Source: an uncultured Clostridia bacterium (GTDB lineage: Bacteria > Bacillota > Clostridia > TANB77 > CAG-508). From it: a DNA stretch of 64,000 bases. A program made the translations under genes and the position numbers. Location of the stretch: assembly GCA_910589185.1 (NCBI GenBank), contig CAJUSU010000002.1, forward strand, positions 1,831 to 65,830, read 5' to 3'. Below are positions 47,571 to 58,195 of this stretch, one piece after another (within the stretch, counting starts at the first letter, position 1; each line of letters begins with the position of its first letter). The notes beneath the pieces were generated by a model. It was not told the origin of the DNA. It saw nothing but the letters and a program-made list of their open reading frames with translations, and did not search any database.

Positions 47571-48848
47571 ATGAAAATCATAGAAAGTTCAAAAATAAAA
47601 GAAAAAGCTTATATTGAGAAATTAGAAAATGGAATGACAGTCATCATTATTCCGAGAAAAAATACAAAAAAGAAATACATTATTTGGGGCACACATTTTG
47701 GATCAATTGATAATCACTTCATCATGCCACAAACAGGAGAAGAAGTATATATTCCAGATGGAGTAGCACACTTTTTAGAACACAAAATGTTCGAACAAGC
47801 AAATGGAACAAATAGCTTAGACACATTAATGGCATTAGGAATAGACGCAAATGCCTATACGACGAATGATCATACAGCATATCTATTTGAATGTACAGAA
47901 CATTTTTATGAAGGACTAGACGAATTAATGGATTATGTACAAAACCCATACTTCACAGACGAAAATGTAGAAAAAGAAAAAGGAATTATTGGGCAAGAAA
48001 TTAAAATGTATGATGATGAACCAGCATGGCAATTATACATGAATGCACTAGACTGTATGTATCATGAAAATCCTATTAAAATTGATATAGCAGGAACAGT
48101 AGAATCTATTAGCGAAATAACACCAGATGTATTATATAAATGCTATAACACTTTTTATCACCCATCTAATACAACAATGGCAATATGTGGAGACTTTGAA
48201 CCAGAAGAAATACTAAAAGAAGTAAAGAAACGTTTAATTTCTAAAGAAAATCAAGGAGAAATAAAAAGAATTTATCCAGCACAAGAAGACAAAATAAACA
48301 AGAAAGAAAAAACAGTACAAATGGAAGTGAGCCTTCCAATGTTTATGATAGGATATAAAGATATAGAAAACAGCAAAGAAAACAGAATTCAAAAGCATAT
48401 TGCAATTGAAATATTACTAAATATGATAATTGGAAAAAGCTCAGATTTATATCAAGAATTATATGAAAAAGGAATACTCCTTAGTCAACCAGATTTAGAT
48501 TATGAATTTGCAGACCAATATGCACATATATGTATATCTGGTTTTACAAAAGAGCCACGCTTGGTAAAAGAAAAGATAGACCAAATAGTAAAGCAAATGC
48601 AAGAAAATGGCATAGATGAAGAACATTTCAATCGCATCAAAAAGAAAATCTATGGAGATTATGTAGTAGAATATAACAGTACTTCAGAAACAGCAAGGAT
48701 GTTTTTAGCAGATAATATGAAACAAATAAACAGTTTTGACTATATTGAAGAATTCGAAACTGTAACAAAAGACTATACACAGACTGTGTTAAACAACATC
48801 TTCAAAGAAGAAAATGAAGTTCTTTCTATAGTAGAGCCAAATAAATGA
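47571..48848 (+). CDS. M16 family zinc peptidase
   Basis: HxxEH zinc-binding motif in GVAHFLEHKMFE. 425 aa. Confidence 0.85.
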   Translation: MKIIESSKIKEKAYIEKLENGMTVIIIPRKNTKKKYIIWGTHFGSIDNHFIMPQTGEEVYIPDGVAHFLEHKMFEQANGTNSLDTLMALGIDANAYTTNDHTAYLFECTEHFYEGLDELMDYVQNPYFTDENVEKEKGIIGQEIKMYDDEPAWQLYMNALDCMYHENPIKIDIAGTVESISEITPDVLYKCYNTFYHPSNTTMAICGDFEPEEILKEVKKRLISKENQGEIKRIYPAQEDKINKKEKTVQMEVSLPMFMIGYKDIENSKENRIQKHIAIEILLNMIIGKSSDLYQELYEKGILLSQPDLDYEFADQYAHICISGFTKEPRLVKEKIDQIVKQMQENGIDEEHFNRIKKKIYGDYVVEYNSTSETARMFLADNMKQINSFDYIEEFETVTKDYTQTVLNNIFKEENEVLSIVEPNK

Positions 48849-48855
48849 TAAGACA

Positions 48856-48890
48856 AAACCAAACCTAATGTACTAGGTTTGGTTTATTTA
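48856..48890 (+). terminator. Terminator after the M16 pair
   Basis: Perfect 12-bp stem aaaccaaaccta (48856-48867) with taggtttggttt (48874-48885), followed by a T-rich tail. Confidence 0.7.
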
Positions 48891-49109
48891 TTAAATAGCA
48901 GTTAATTTTGAGATTTGGTGTCATCAAAAATCAAACAAAATCGAAAGAGAAAAAATACTGTCGAAAAAAATAAAAAAAAGAAGAAAAATGTCATACGAAA
49001 ATCACTGAAAATACTACAAAATAAGCAAAAAACGATTGACTAATATGTAAAAATATGGTATTTTAAATATATACTAAAGACGAAAAAACAAAAAAGAGGA
49101 GTGATTCAT

Positions 49110-49292
49110 ATGTTAAATGAAGAAATTTGTAAATTAAGGGAAAAACTAAATGACAGTATACTAAATGAACCAGATTACAATATCACTTATCAAATCAGTG
49201 TGGAGCTAGATCAATTAATAGCACAATATTATAGCTCACAAATGAAACTAGCAACACAAACAAATGGAAAACAAATGGTAACAAAAAAGTAA
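49110..49292 (+). CDS. Spo0E-like aspartyl-phosphate phosphatase (sporulation regulator)
   Basis: AGAGGAG RBS then ATG 49110. MLNEEICKLREKLNDSILNEPDYNITYQISVELDQLIAQYY fits the Spo0E family helix-hairpin (SxELDxLI). Confidence 0.7.
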   Translation: MLNEEICKLREKLNDSILNEPDYNITYQISVELDQLIAQYYSSQMKLATQTNGKQMVTKK

Positions 49293-49322
49293 ATGAATGA
49301 TGCAGATATGCAGAATATATAA

Positions 49323-49360
49323 AAAAGCAATTAGGATAAGATGTATCCTAGTTGCTTTTC
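49323..49360 (+). terminator. Terminator after the spo0E-like gene
   Basis: Stem aagcaattaggata with tatcctagttgctt (one mismatch), followed by TTTC. Confidence 0.55.
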
Positions 49361-49515
49361 TGCATAATAGAAAATTATTACAAAAACATAACATTTTTAT
49401 GACATTTCTGTGACAATGAAGAAAAAGTTAAAAAGATATGCTATGATAAAAGTACTTGAAAACAAATAAAAAGTAAGGTATAATAAGAAACAATATCAAA
49501 AGAAAAGGAAGAAAA

Positions 49516-49890
49516 ATGATTAAGAAAAAAAGCTTATTTATCATAGTTATCTTAATATTAAGTTTTATGATGATTTTTCCAAGTATTACAACAGCAATTA
49601 GTGACCCAATTACAGACCCAAATGCATATAAACCAGGTAGCATTAATACAAGTGATGCAAATGTAGTTGCTCAAAAAGGAGGAATCATATTTAATATACT
49701 ATCTACGCTTGGCATTATTGTTGCAGTAATTACGATTATTGTAATTGGAATTAAGTATATGGTTGGAAGTGTTCAGGAAAAAGCAGAATACAAAAAAACA
49801 ATGATTCCATATTTAGTAGGAGTTGTTATGATAATAGGAGTTAGCGGAATTTTAAAACTAATAGCAAAATTAGCAACTAATATTGAATAA
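49516..49890 (+). CDS. VirB2/TrbC-like small membrane (pilin-like) protein, paralog 1
   Basis: Signal peptide plus two hydrophobic helices. Block GIKYMVGSVQEKAEYKKTMIPYLVG is shared with paralogs 2 and 3. Confidence 0.55.
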   Translation: MIKKKSLFIIVILILSFMMIFPSITTAISDPITDPNAYKPGSINTSDANVVAQKGGIIFNILSTLGIIVAVITIIVIGIKYMVGSVQEKAEYKKTMIPYLVGVVMIIGVSGILKLIAKLATNIE

Positions 49891-49976
49891 AAAAACATAA
49901 AATATTGAAAAATAAACAAATATATTGTATAATAATATACAAAAATAAAGAATTAAAAGAAAGGATAGTAATAAAA

Positions 49977-50369
49977 ATGAAAATTTGGAAATACTTTGCT
50001 GTAATTTTAATAGCCACATTTTTATTATTATCATTTTCTATGAGCTATTCTCGTACTAATGCTGCAACACTCAGTAATATAGTATCAGGGGCAGATAGTT
50101 TTATACAAAATGGACAAGGTGATTCTAAGATTGATAATGAAGACATTCATAATTTATCAGACTCCATTTACAATATTTTATTAATAATTGGAACAATTGT
50201 AGCCATGATTGTAGGAGTAGTCTTAGGTATTCAATTTATTACAGGAAGTGTAGAAGCAAAAAGCAAAGTAAAAGAATCTTTAATACCATATGTAGCAGGT
50301 TGTGTTGTTATTTTTGGAGCATTTGGTATTTGGAAACTAGTAATCACTATCTTACAGGGGCTTAATTAA
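49977..50369 (+). CDS. VirB2/TrbC-like small membrane protein, paralog 2
   Basis: ATG 49977 (MKIWKYFAVILIATFLLL). Same architecture as paralog 1. Block GIQFITGSVEAKSKVKESLIPYVAG. Confidence 0.5.
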   Translation: MKIWKYFAVILIATFLLLSFSMSYSRTNAATLSNIVSGADSFIQNGQGDSKIDNEDIHNLSDSIYNILLIIGTIVAMIVGVVLGIQFITGSVEAKSKVKESLIPYVAGCVVIFGAFGIWKLVITILQGLN

Positions 50370-50465
50370 TTTATAGTTAAACTAAAAAATAAAAAGATTT
50401 TAATATTATTCCAAAAATAATTGGAATAAATCAAATAAATATAAAAATAAAGGGAGGAAAAAACT

Positions 50466-50828
50466 ATGCAAAAAACAATGAAACTAATTAGTATTTTATT
50501 AATGGTTGTAATGATTTGCTTTACATTAAGTACAGTTGCTAAAGCAGCTCCTAATGTTGATAGTATCGTAGGAATAATGGATAACCAAACTGCTAATGGC
50601 GCAGAAAATGTTGCATCAATTGGTGGACAAATTGCTGATATTATTACAACAGTAGGAATCGTTGTAGCTGTTATTGTTATATTAATTTTAGGTATTAAAT
50701 ACATGATGGGAAGTGCATCAGAAAAAGCAGAATACAAGAAAACAATGATTCCATATGTAGTTGGTGCTATGCTAATTTTAGGTGGATCAGCTATTGTAAA
50801 AATTTTATTTTCAATTCAAATTGTTTAA
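50466..50828 (+). CDS. VirB2/TrbC-like small membrane protein, paralog 3
   Basis: Signal peptide. Block GIKYMMGSASEKAEYKKTMIPYVVG is nearly identical to the block in paralog 1. Confidence 0.55.
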   Translation: MQKTMKLISILLMVVMICFTLSTVAKAAPNVDSIVGIMDNQTANGAENVASIGGQIADIITTVGIVVAVIVILILGIKYMMGSASEKAEYKKTMIPYVVGAMLILGGSAIVKILFSIQIV

Positions 50829-50868
50829 TAATATTACAAAAACATTACGAATATATTACAAACATATT

Positions 50869-50900
50869 AAAAGTGCACAAAAAGTGCACTTTTTTTTGCT
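50869..50900 (+). terminator. Terminator after the pilin-like genes
   Basis: Stem aaaagtgcac (50869-50878) with gtgcactttt (50884-50893), followed by a T-run. Confidence 0.7.
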
Positions 50901-51004
50901 TTTTAGTTACAATTTTCGTGTTTATTTGCTATAATATATGATAAGCATAAATAGAATTATGAAAAACAAAAGAGACTTAAGAAACAAAGGAGGACAAGCA
51001 GCTT

Positions 51005-51349
51005 ATGGGCACATATAATTTACCCAGAAATGTAAAAGGTGAAGGCAGAATTTTATTTATTTTTACGACTAAAAGTTTAATATATTCTGTAATAGCAGCA
51101 GCCATAGGTTTACCATTTTATTTTATCTTCTCTAGCTTTGGAATGACAATGGTTGGAATTGCCTGCGTAGCTATTTTTGCAGTAATTGGGTTTACAATAG
51201 GAACTCTAAAAATGCCAGAATTAGGAAAGTTCGAGTTTTCTAAAAAAACAGGTGGAGAAAATTTGGACGATATTATCAAAAGAGCAATTACTTTCAAAAT
51301 GAAAGGAAAGAAAGTATATATCTACAAGGAGGGTGAAAATAATGATTGA
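51005..51349 (+). CDS. PrgI/VirB3-like T4SS membrane protein
   Basis: 114 aa. MGTYNLPRNVKGEGRILFIFTTKSLIYSVIAAAIG plus two TM segments, as in PrgI-family proteins of Gram-positive conjugation systems. Confidence 0.55.
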   Translation: MGTYNLPRNVKGEGRILFIFTTKSLIYSVIAAAIGLPFYFIFSSFGMTMVGIACVAIFAVIGFTIGTLKMPELGKFEFSKKTGGENLDDIIKRAITFKMKGKKVYIYKEGENND

Positions 51350-52577
51350 AATGATTACAATAATATTAGCAATTGTATTAATTGCCATGGTAATGCTACT
51401 TGCCGTCCTTTGTATGCTATATTTTAAATCAAAAAATAAACAACCAGAAACCGCTAAAAGTACTTCAACAATTTCAAATAAAAAAGAAATTAAAACCAGT
51501 AAAAACTATTCAGTAGAATCTGCTTTTGATTTTATGGAATTTGATACTGTAGAAGATAATATGATTTCTACAAAAAATGGTGGAAAATATGTCATGGTAG
51601 TAGAATGTCAAGGTATTAACTATGATTTGATGTCAGAAGTAGAAAAAAATGCAGTAGAAGAAGGATTTATTCAATTTTTAAATACCCTAAGACATCCTAT
51701 TCAAATTTACACACAGACGAGAACGATTAACTTAGAAAGTAGTATTCAAACTTATCGCGATAAAGTAAAAGAAATTGAAGAAGAATTAGAAAAAGAAAAA
51801 AGAAAATATGAGCAAATGGTTAATTCAGGAAACTATACGCAAGAACAACTAAATGCAGCATTTTATGATTTAACCAAAACTACTAATCTATATGAATATG
51901 GAAAAGATATTATCTATACTACTGAAAAGATGAGTTTAAATAAGAATGTACTAAATCAAAAATATTACATCATCATTCCATATTACCCAGAAGAACTAGG
52001 AGAAAACAACTTTGATAAGCAAGAAATTAGAAATTTAGCTTTTTCAGAATTGTACACAAGAGCACAATCTATTGTGAGAACTTTATCTGTATGTGGTGTT
52101 ACAGGAAAAGTACTAGACTCTAATGAATTAGTAGATTTACTATACATAGCATACAACAGAGATGATGCAGAAATTTATGGAATTGATAAAGCAATAGAAG
52201 CTGGATATAACGAACTATATTCTACAGCACCAGATGTAGTAGATAAAAAAATGAAAGCACTAAATGAACAAATTGAAAAAGCAGCTTTTGAAAAAGCAAA
52301 CCAAAAAGTAATAGAAGCAAAAACAGAAAAGCAAAAAGCTTTTGAACAAAAACAAGAGAATCAGGATGATTTAATAGCACAATTAGCTTCCATCATTGTA
52401 GAGCAAAATAGAGGCGCTATTGGAAATGATATTGCAGATAATGCTATTGAAAAAATTCAAGAAGAAAAACAAAAGAGAAGAGGAAGGCCTAAAAAACAAA
52501 CTTCAGAAAGTACAGAAGAAGGAGGCGTAGGAGCAAATGAGAAAGAAGGAAGAGATAGAAGTACAAAAACAGCATAA
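51342..52577 (+). CDS. T4SS-associated membrane protein with a VirB4-N-terminal-like domain and coiled coil
   Basis: N-terminal TM segment. Segment YVMVVECQGINYDLMSEVEKNAVEEGFIQFLNTLRHPIQIYTQTR resembles the N-terminal domain of VirB4/TcpF ATPases. No Walker motifs. Lys/Glu-rich tail. Confidence 0.4.
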   Translation: MIEMITIILAIVLIAMVMLLAVLCMLYFKSKNKQPETAKSTSTISNKKEIKTSKNYSVESAFDFMEFDTVEDNMISTKNGGKYVMVVECQGINYDLMSEVEKNAVEEGFIQFLNTLRHPIQIYTQTRTINLESSIQTYRDKVKEIEEELEKEKRKYEQMVNSGNYTQEQLNAAFYDLTKTTNLYEYGKDIIYTTEKMSLNKNVLNQKYYIIIPYYPEELGENNFDKQEIRNLAFSELYTRAQSIVRTLSVCGVTGKVLDSNELVDLLYIAYNRDDAEIYGIDKAIEAGYNELYSTAPDVVDKKMKALNEQIEKAAFEKANQKVIEAKTEKQKAFEQKQENQDDLIAQLASIIVEQNRGAIGNDIADNAIEKIQEEKQKRRGRPKKQTSESTEEGGVGANEKEGRDRSTKTA

Positions 52578-54507
52578 TGATTACACAAAACCAAATGAAT
52601 ATAAAATTTTGAAGAAAAAAACGATTAAAGAATTAATCTCACCAGCAGGAATAGACACAAGTAATATTGACCATTTAGAAATTATTTCTAATGTCACAAG
52701 GTATGCAAGGAGCTTCTTTGTATCAGCACTTCCTAGAATGTGTACCTTCCCTGAATTATTTAGAGATATGTATTTATTCGGAGATATTAATACCTCTATT
52801 TATATTAATCCAATTCAAGAATCTAGATCACAAAACGAATTGAATAGAGTTATCAATGAATTGGAAACAGAAAGAATTGTAGCAGCAGACAAAGGAAATA
52901 TTAATAGAGAAAGTACATTGGGTCAAAAAAGATTAGAAGCAGAACAATTGAGAGATGAAATTGCAGCAGGATTTAACAAACTGTATGAAGCATCCATTGT
53001 TGCAACTTTATTTGCCTATAGCTTAGAAGACCTAGATAAATACACAAAATTATTAGCAACAGAAATGTCAAAATCATTAGTAAATATTAAAACTGCATGG
53101 GGAATGCAAGAAGAAGCATTTAAGTCCAATTTACCTTTAATGGAAGATAAAATTAAAAAGACACATACTTTTGATAGACGTTCTATGGGAACAGTTTTCC
53201 CATTCACAACATCAGAAGTAGGACATCCAACAGGAATTCCTTTAGGAATCAACAAACAAACAGGAGTGCCAATTCTTTTTGATAACTTCCATAACTCACT
53301 TACTAACTACAATATGGTTATTTTCGCTAAATCTGGTGCTGGTAAATCAGTAACTATGAAAACTTTAATTTCTCGTAGCGCAGTGTTAATGGGAATTCAA
53401 AGTTTGGCGCTAGACGCTGAAGGTGAGTATAGTATTGTAGCAGAGAGTCTAGGGGGTATTAACGTTGTTTTATCACCTACTTCAAAAACAATTATTAATA
53501 TCTTTGATATTGAAACAGAAGTAGTAAAAGATGAAATTACAGGAAAAGAAAGACTAGTATTAAATGTAGAAAATAAGGTGGAAGACGTAACACAAGCTCT
53601 ACTTACTATGGCAAGAGGAAGTACTAGAAGTCAAGAAGTAAACGAACTTACGAAACAAATCATAGCCGAATCAGTAGCAGAAGAATATATAGCACACGGA
53701 ATTAACAGCGATCCTAACAGCTTATACGACGCAACCTCTGGTTTAGCAAATGGAAATATGCTAGGAAGAGAAAGAAAACAAATGCCTACCATTGGTTCTT
53801 GGTACAAAAGAATTCAAGCAAAAGCAGCAGCAAATACAAATCAAGATTATAGCTTCCATTATAGTTATTTGCTAAAGGTTATGAAACAATATATCAGAGA
53901 GTATGATGGGCAAATGGCATACTTTGATGGACAATCTACCTTTGATCTATTAGATGGAACACTATTCATTAACTTAGATATTTCGCAACTAGAAGAAAGA
54001 TTTGCAAGACCTTTAGCACAACAAATTCTACTTGCTTGGATTTGGGAAAAGTATGTTAAGAAAAATAGTGAAGATAGATCAAAAGCTTCTAAGAAAAGAG
54101 TTTTAGTAGATGAAGCATGGATGTTATTACCATATCCAGAGGCAGTAGATTTCCTAAATACCATGGCAAGACGTGCCAGAAAAAGAAATGTATCTTTAGC
54201 TATTATTTCTCAAAGATTTCAAGACTTTTATGAGAAACCAGAAGCACAAGCGGTACTAACTTCTTCAGACACAAAATTATTCTTAGCACAAGATAAATCA
54301 GAAATTCAATACTTAAAAGAAGTATTCAAATTAAGTGAAGGGGAATCAAGCTTTTTAATTACTTGTTTCAAAGGAGAAGGATTATTAAAAGTAGGAGCAG
54401 ATAGTGCTATTATTCAAATACAGCCAACTGCAAAAGAATTTGAATTCGTAGAAACAAACTTAAATAAATTAGCACAGAAGAAAAATAAACAAGCAATAAA
54501 TTATTAG
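52537..54507 (+). CDS. VirB4-family T4SS ATPase
   Basis: Walker A FAKSGAGKSVT, Walker B RVLVDEAWML. 656 aa. Position follows the VirB3-like gene. Confidence 0.88.
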   Translation: MRKKEEIEVQKQHNDYTKPNEYKILKKKTIKELISPAGIDTSNIDHLEIISNVTRYARSFFVSALPRMCTFPELFRDMYLFGDINTSIYINPIQESRSQNELNRVINELETERIVAADKGNINRESTLGQKRLEAEQLRDEIAAGFNKLYEASIVATLFAYSLEDLDKYTKLLATEMSKSLVNIKTAWGMQEEAFKSNLPLMEDKIKKTHTFDRRSMGTVFPFTTSEVGHPTGIPLGINKQTGVPILFDNFHNSLTNYNMVIFAKSGAGKSVTMKTLISRSAVLMGIQSLALDAEGEYSIVAESLGGINVVLSPTSKTIINIFDIETEVVKDEITGKERLVLNVENKVEDVTQALLTMARGSTRSQEVNELTKQIIAESVAEEYIAHGINSDPNSLYDATSGLANGNMLGRERKQMPTIGSWYKRIQAKAAANTNQDYSFHYSYLLKVMKQYIREYDGQMAYFDGQSTFDLLDGTLFINLDISQLEERFARPLAQQILLAWIWEKYVKKNSEDRSKASKKRVLVDEAWMLLPYPEAVDFLNTMARRARKRNVSLAIISQRFQDFYEKPEAQAVLTSSDTKLFLAQDKSEIQYLKEVFKLSEGESSFLITCFKGEGLLKVGADSAIIQIQPTAKEFEFVETNLNKLAQKKNKQAINY

Positions 54508-54515
54508 GGGGAATT

Positions 54516-57201
54516 ATGGAGAAATTAATTGCAAACCATAAGTTAACACAAAAGATATTTCTATCAATAATCGTGGTGTTATTGCTTAGTTTTGCTGTGC
54601 CCGTAAAATCACAAGCGGGAATAGGAGGAATCTTATTAGATCCACTCTTTGACTTAGTAGGAACGATATTAGATGTTTTTGTAGGAGCACTGCAAGCATT
54701 TTTAGTAGATGGAGAATTTAATAATAGTGAAGATTCAAGTGGATTGAACTTTTATTTAGCAGACAAAGATGATTTTATGTCGAAGATAGATGATGAATAT
54801 AAAGAATTTAAATATTCTACTGGAAACGGAGAGGCACAAATTACAATCAATGCCGATGAGTTAGATAAAAGTATTTGGCGGAAACAGTACATATGCAATT
54901 CCAGTTATGAGATATTCACCAGAAAAGATTTTCTCAGGAAAAATTCCAGCTTTAGATATTAACTTTGTTGATCCGGTTGACTGGGAAAATGAAGACATGA
55001 ATGAACGTTCTATTACACAAGCATTACATAGTACCATTGCTTCTTGGTATGTATCATTAAGAAATTTAGCAGTAGTAGCATTAATGCTAGTATTAGTATA
55101 TGTAGGTATTAGAATTGTTATTAGTAGTACAGCATCAGACAAAGCAAAATATAAGCAAATGTTAATAGATTGGCTTGTTGCTCTATGTATTCTATTTTGC
55201 TTACATTACATTATGACATTTACAACAACAATTGTAAATGAAATTACAGGAGCAATTACAGGAGCACAAGATAGCAATGGAAATAATGTAGCAGTTAAAG
55301 TAGAAGGAGACTCAGATGGAACTGTAGAATTTAATACAGATTTGATGGGATTGATTCGTTTTAAAATGCAAGCACCAAATGTATCTGGCAAGATTTTGTA
55401 TTTGATTTTATACTTAGCAATGGTAATTTATACATTCATGTTCACATTCTATTACTTAAAGAGGGTACTGACAATTGCATTTTTAACACTGATTTCTCCA
55501 CTAGTAGCAATGACTTATCCAATAGACAAAATAAGAGATGGAAAAGCACAAGCTTTTGATATGTGGTTAAAAGAATATGTATTTAATGCATTATTACAAC
55601 CATTCCATTTAATTATTTATAGTATTTTCGTAGGATCCGCAATTGATTTAGCAGCTAAAAATCCATTATTTGCAATTGTTGCATTAGCGTTTATTACTCC
55701 AGCTGAAAAAATACTTCGTAAATTCTTTGGATTTGAAAAAGCAAGTACAGCGGGAGCATTAGGAGCTGTTGCCAGCGCAGCAGGTGGAGCTGCTGTTATG
55801 AATCATATGAGAAATCTTATGGCACCTAAAAAAGGTGCTGGAGGTGGTGGAAATAAGGGGATTAAAACCAAAAATAAACCAGAGGGTTCAGCACCATCTC
55901 TAGAAGATGCATTTGGCAACGGAAGTAGTGGCAGTGGTACAAACGATTCAAACGATGCACAATCTCCAAGGGAAGCTAATCAGCCAACATTAGGAGGAGG
56001 ACAAGACTGGGACCAAAATGGAGGTGGCGGAGGAGAAAGTTCAAATACACATGAACCGACACAAACACCTTCAGAAGGAGGAAATGGAGGACAAGGAGGA
56101 AATCCTCCACCAGAACCAACGCCTCCACCAGAACCACCAGATTCAGGTTCGGGTTCAGATGGCATCCATTTAAAAGATACTGCTTTTGAATGGTCTGATA
56201 ATGATACAAGAGGAGCAGGAGCATATCTAGGAGGAATTGCAAGATCAGGCGCTTCGTGGGCAGGTAACAAAATTGCCAATTCAGCTGCGGGACAAGGAGC
56301 TATAAGATTTGGCAGATCTGTAGCGGGTAGTGCAAGAAGTGTAAGAGATATGGCTGCTGCAAGAGCACGTCAAGTAGGTGCATTAGCATCAGCAGGAGCT
56401 CATAAAGTAGGAGATTTCGGAAGAACTTATATACCAAAGCCTATTAGAAATACAGCAGGTACTTTAGCAAGAGCAACTGGACAGGCAGCAGTTGGTGCAG
56501 CAAAAGCAGCTGGACATGCTGCATTAGGAGTAGGAAATGTAGCATTACAAACTGGAAAGGCAGCAGGAAAGGCAGCGCTAAAAGCAGCACCTGGAGCAAT
56601 ACTAGGAATGGCAGCAGGTATTGCAAGTGATGACTTAAGCGATATTGGAAAATATACATTAGCAGGAGCGGCATTAAGCAGTACAATTGGATCAAGTGCA
56701 GTAGCACAAGCAGGATCTTTTGTAGCAGACAGTTATAGACAAGGCTCTGGAGGGGCTTATGAAGCAGCGCTAAAGCAAAGAAAAGAAAATTATATAAAAG
56801 ATAATGAAGAATTGTATAGTCAGAAATACCCAGATGCTTCTAAGAAAGAACTAAAAGCAAAATTGGAACAGGGAGCATACTATGACAGTATTGGAATCGA
56901 AGGAAAAGATACCTTTAAAGCTGTAAAATTAGAAGATAAAATAAAGAAAGAAATGGCTCAAGCAGGAGTAGCCGAAGAGGAGGCAAACAGAAGAGCACAA
57001 GCACAAACAGCAGCGATTATGAAAGAAGTAAAAGATTATAGTGCAAAAGACTTAAGAGAAGAGAGCACAGTAAGAGATTTAAGAACAGACTTATCAAAAC
57101 GATTAGAAAGCCAAGGATTAACAGGAAATGAAAAAATGAAAACAGTTGACATGATTGTAAGAGAAATGAAATCTGTTCGTGGAGTTAAAAACGATTTTTA
57201 A
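54516..57201 (+). pseudogene. VirB6/TcpH-like polytopic membrane protein with a long Gly/Pro/Ala-rich C-terminal region; one frame break
   Basis: Track ORFs 54516-54962 and 54907-57201 join if C54879 (or a T in 54874-54876) is removed: ...DELDKSIWGNSTYAIPVMRYSPEKIF.... Multiple TM helices at 55050-55720. Low-complexity region at 55800-56750. Restored length 894 aa. Confidence 0.7.
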
Positions 57202-57224
57202 AATAACAAAGGAGAGCTATAACA

Positions 57225-58175
57225 ATGATTAAGTTATTAAGATACTGGAACCAAAACAAAAGAAAGATATTAATAACGATTGCAGTCATAGCTCTCATTA
57301 TTATTATCATACAAATAGCCAATAGTGTAATAAAAAGGCGAAATGAAAAAGATAGGAATGAAATAAAACAAGGTACAGTAGCAAATGATATTACAAAGCC
57401 AAACGAATCTATTATATCGCAAGATAAATTAACAGAAAAAGAAACAAAAGAAAGCTCAGATTTTATAGAACAGTTTGTCAGCTTTTGCAACCAAAAAAAA
57501 GCGGATGATGCTTATCGTTTATTATCAGATGATTGTAAAAATGAGTTATATCCAACAAAAGAATTATTTATTAGTAATTATATGAATCAAATTTTTGAAG
57601 AAACAGTCAACTATGAATTACAGTTATGGTATACAGTCTCCAACTGCTATACATACCGCATTACATATAATAAAGGAAACTTACTTCAAACAGGTGGACA
57701 AGGTAATAGCGGAAACTTTTTAGATTACATTACTTTGCTAAAACAAAATGGAGAATATAAATTAAATATTAATAAATTTATTCGTAAGCAAACATTAAGT
57801 AAGCAGGGAAGCAGTAACGGAATTGATGTTACTATTAATAGTAAATGCATTTATGTAGATTATGAAATTTATAACATGACGATACAAAACAATACACAAA
57901 ATACTATTTTATTAAATGATGGAACTGATGCGAACAATTTTAGTTTAATAGGAAGAAATAATAGTACCTTTTCTTCTGTTATTTCAGAGCTGCCAATCAG
58001 TAGCTTAACATTGAATCCACAATATAGAAAAACGGTAGATATTAAATTCAACAAAATCTATATGACAAGAAGCGAACTAGAAGCTATGCAAATGACAAAT
58101 ATTTATTTAAACAAAGAACAATATGACACAAAACAAGAAAATGCAGAAAAAATCACAATCAAAATAAATCTATAA
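57225..58175 (+). CDS. Membrane-anchored protein, possible VirB8/TcpC-like (NTF2-like) T4SS component
   Basis: N-terminal TM segment. Module ADDAYRLLSDDCKNELYPTKELFISNYMNQIF recurs in ORF 60886-62262. Assignment rests on context and architecture only. Confidence 0.35.
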   Translation: MIKLLRYWNQNKRKILITIAVIALIIIIIQIANSVIKRRNEKDRNEIKQGTVANDITKPNESIISQDKLTEKETKESSDFIEQFVSFCNQKKADDAYRLLSDDCKNELYPTKELFISNYMNQIFEETVNYELQLWYTVSNCYTYRITYNKGNLLQTGGQGNSGNFLDYITLLKQNGEYKLNINKFIRKQTLSKQGSSNGIDVTINSKCIYVDYEIYNMTIQNNTQNTILLNDGTDANNFSLIGRNNSTFSSVISELPISSLTLNPQYRKTVDIKFNKIYMTRSELEAMQMTNIYLNKEQYDTKQENAEKITIKINL

Positions 58176-58195
58176 AAGTAAAAAAGTAAAGGCAG

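Noticed and set aside
48940-49100. Spo0A boxes (TGNCGAA): TGTCGAA upstream of the spo0E-like gene, an antisense TGTCGAA at ~26263 upstream of cas6, TGACGAA at ~23262, and CGACGAA boxes in both CRISPR leaders
   Set aside because: With six fixed positions at this base composition, I estimate roughly 15-20 chance matches on the two strands of 64 kb. Individual hits are therefore not evidence. The leader boxes also deviate at the first position.
55976-56279. Overlapping 88- and 99-aa minus-strand ORFs (also 56444-56707)
   Set aside because: They are antisense to the Gly/Pro/Ala-rich low-complexity segment of the VirB6-like gene. GC-rich repeats lack stop codons in several frames, and no RBS or independent support exists.
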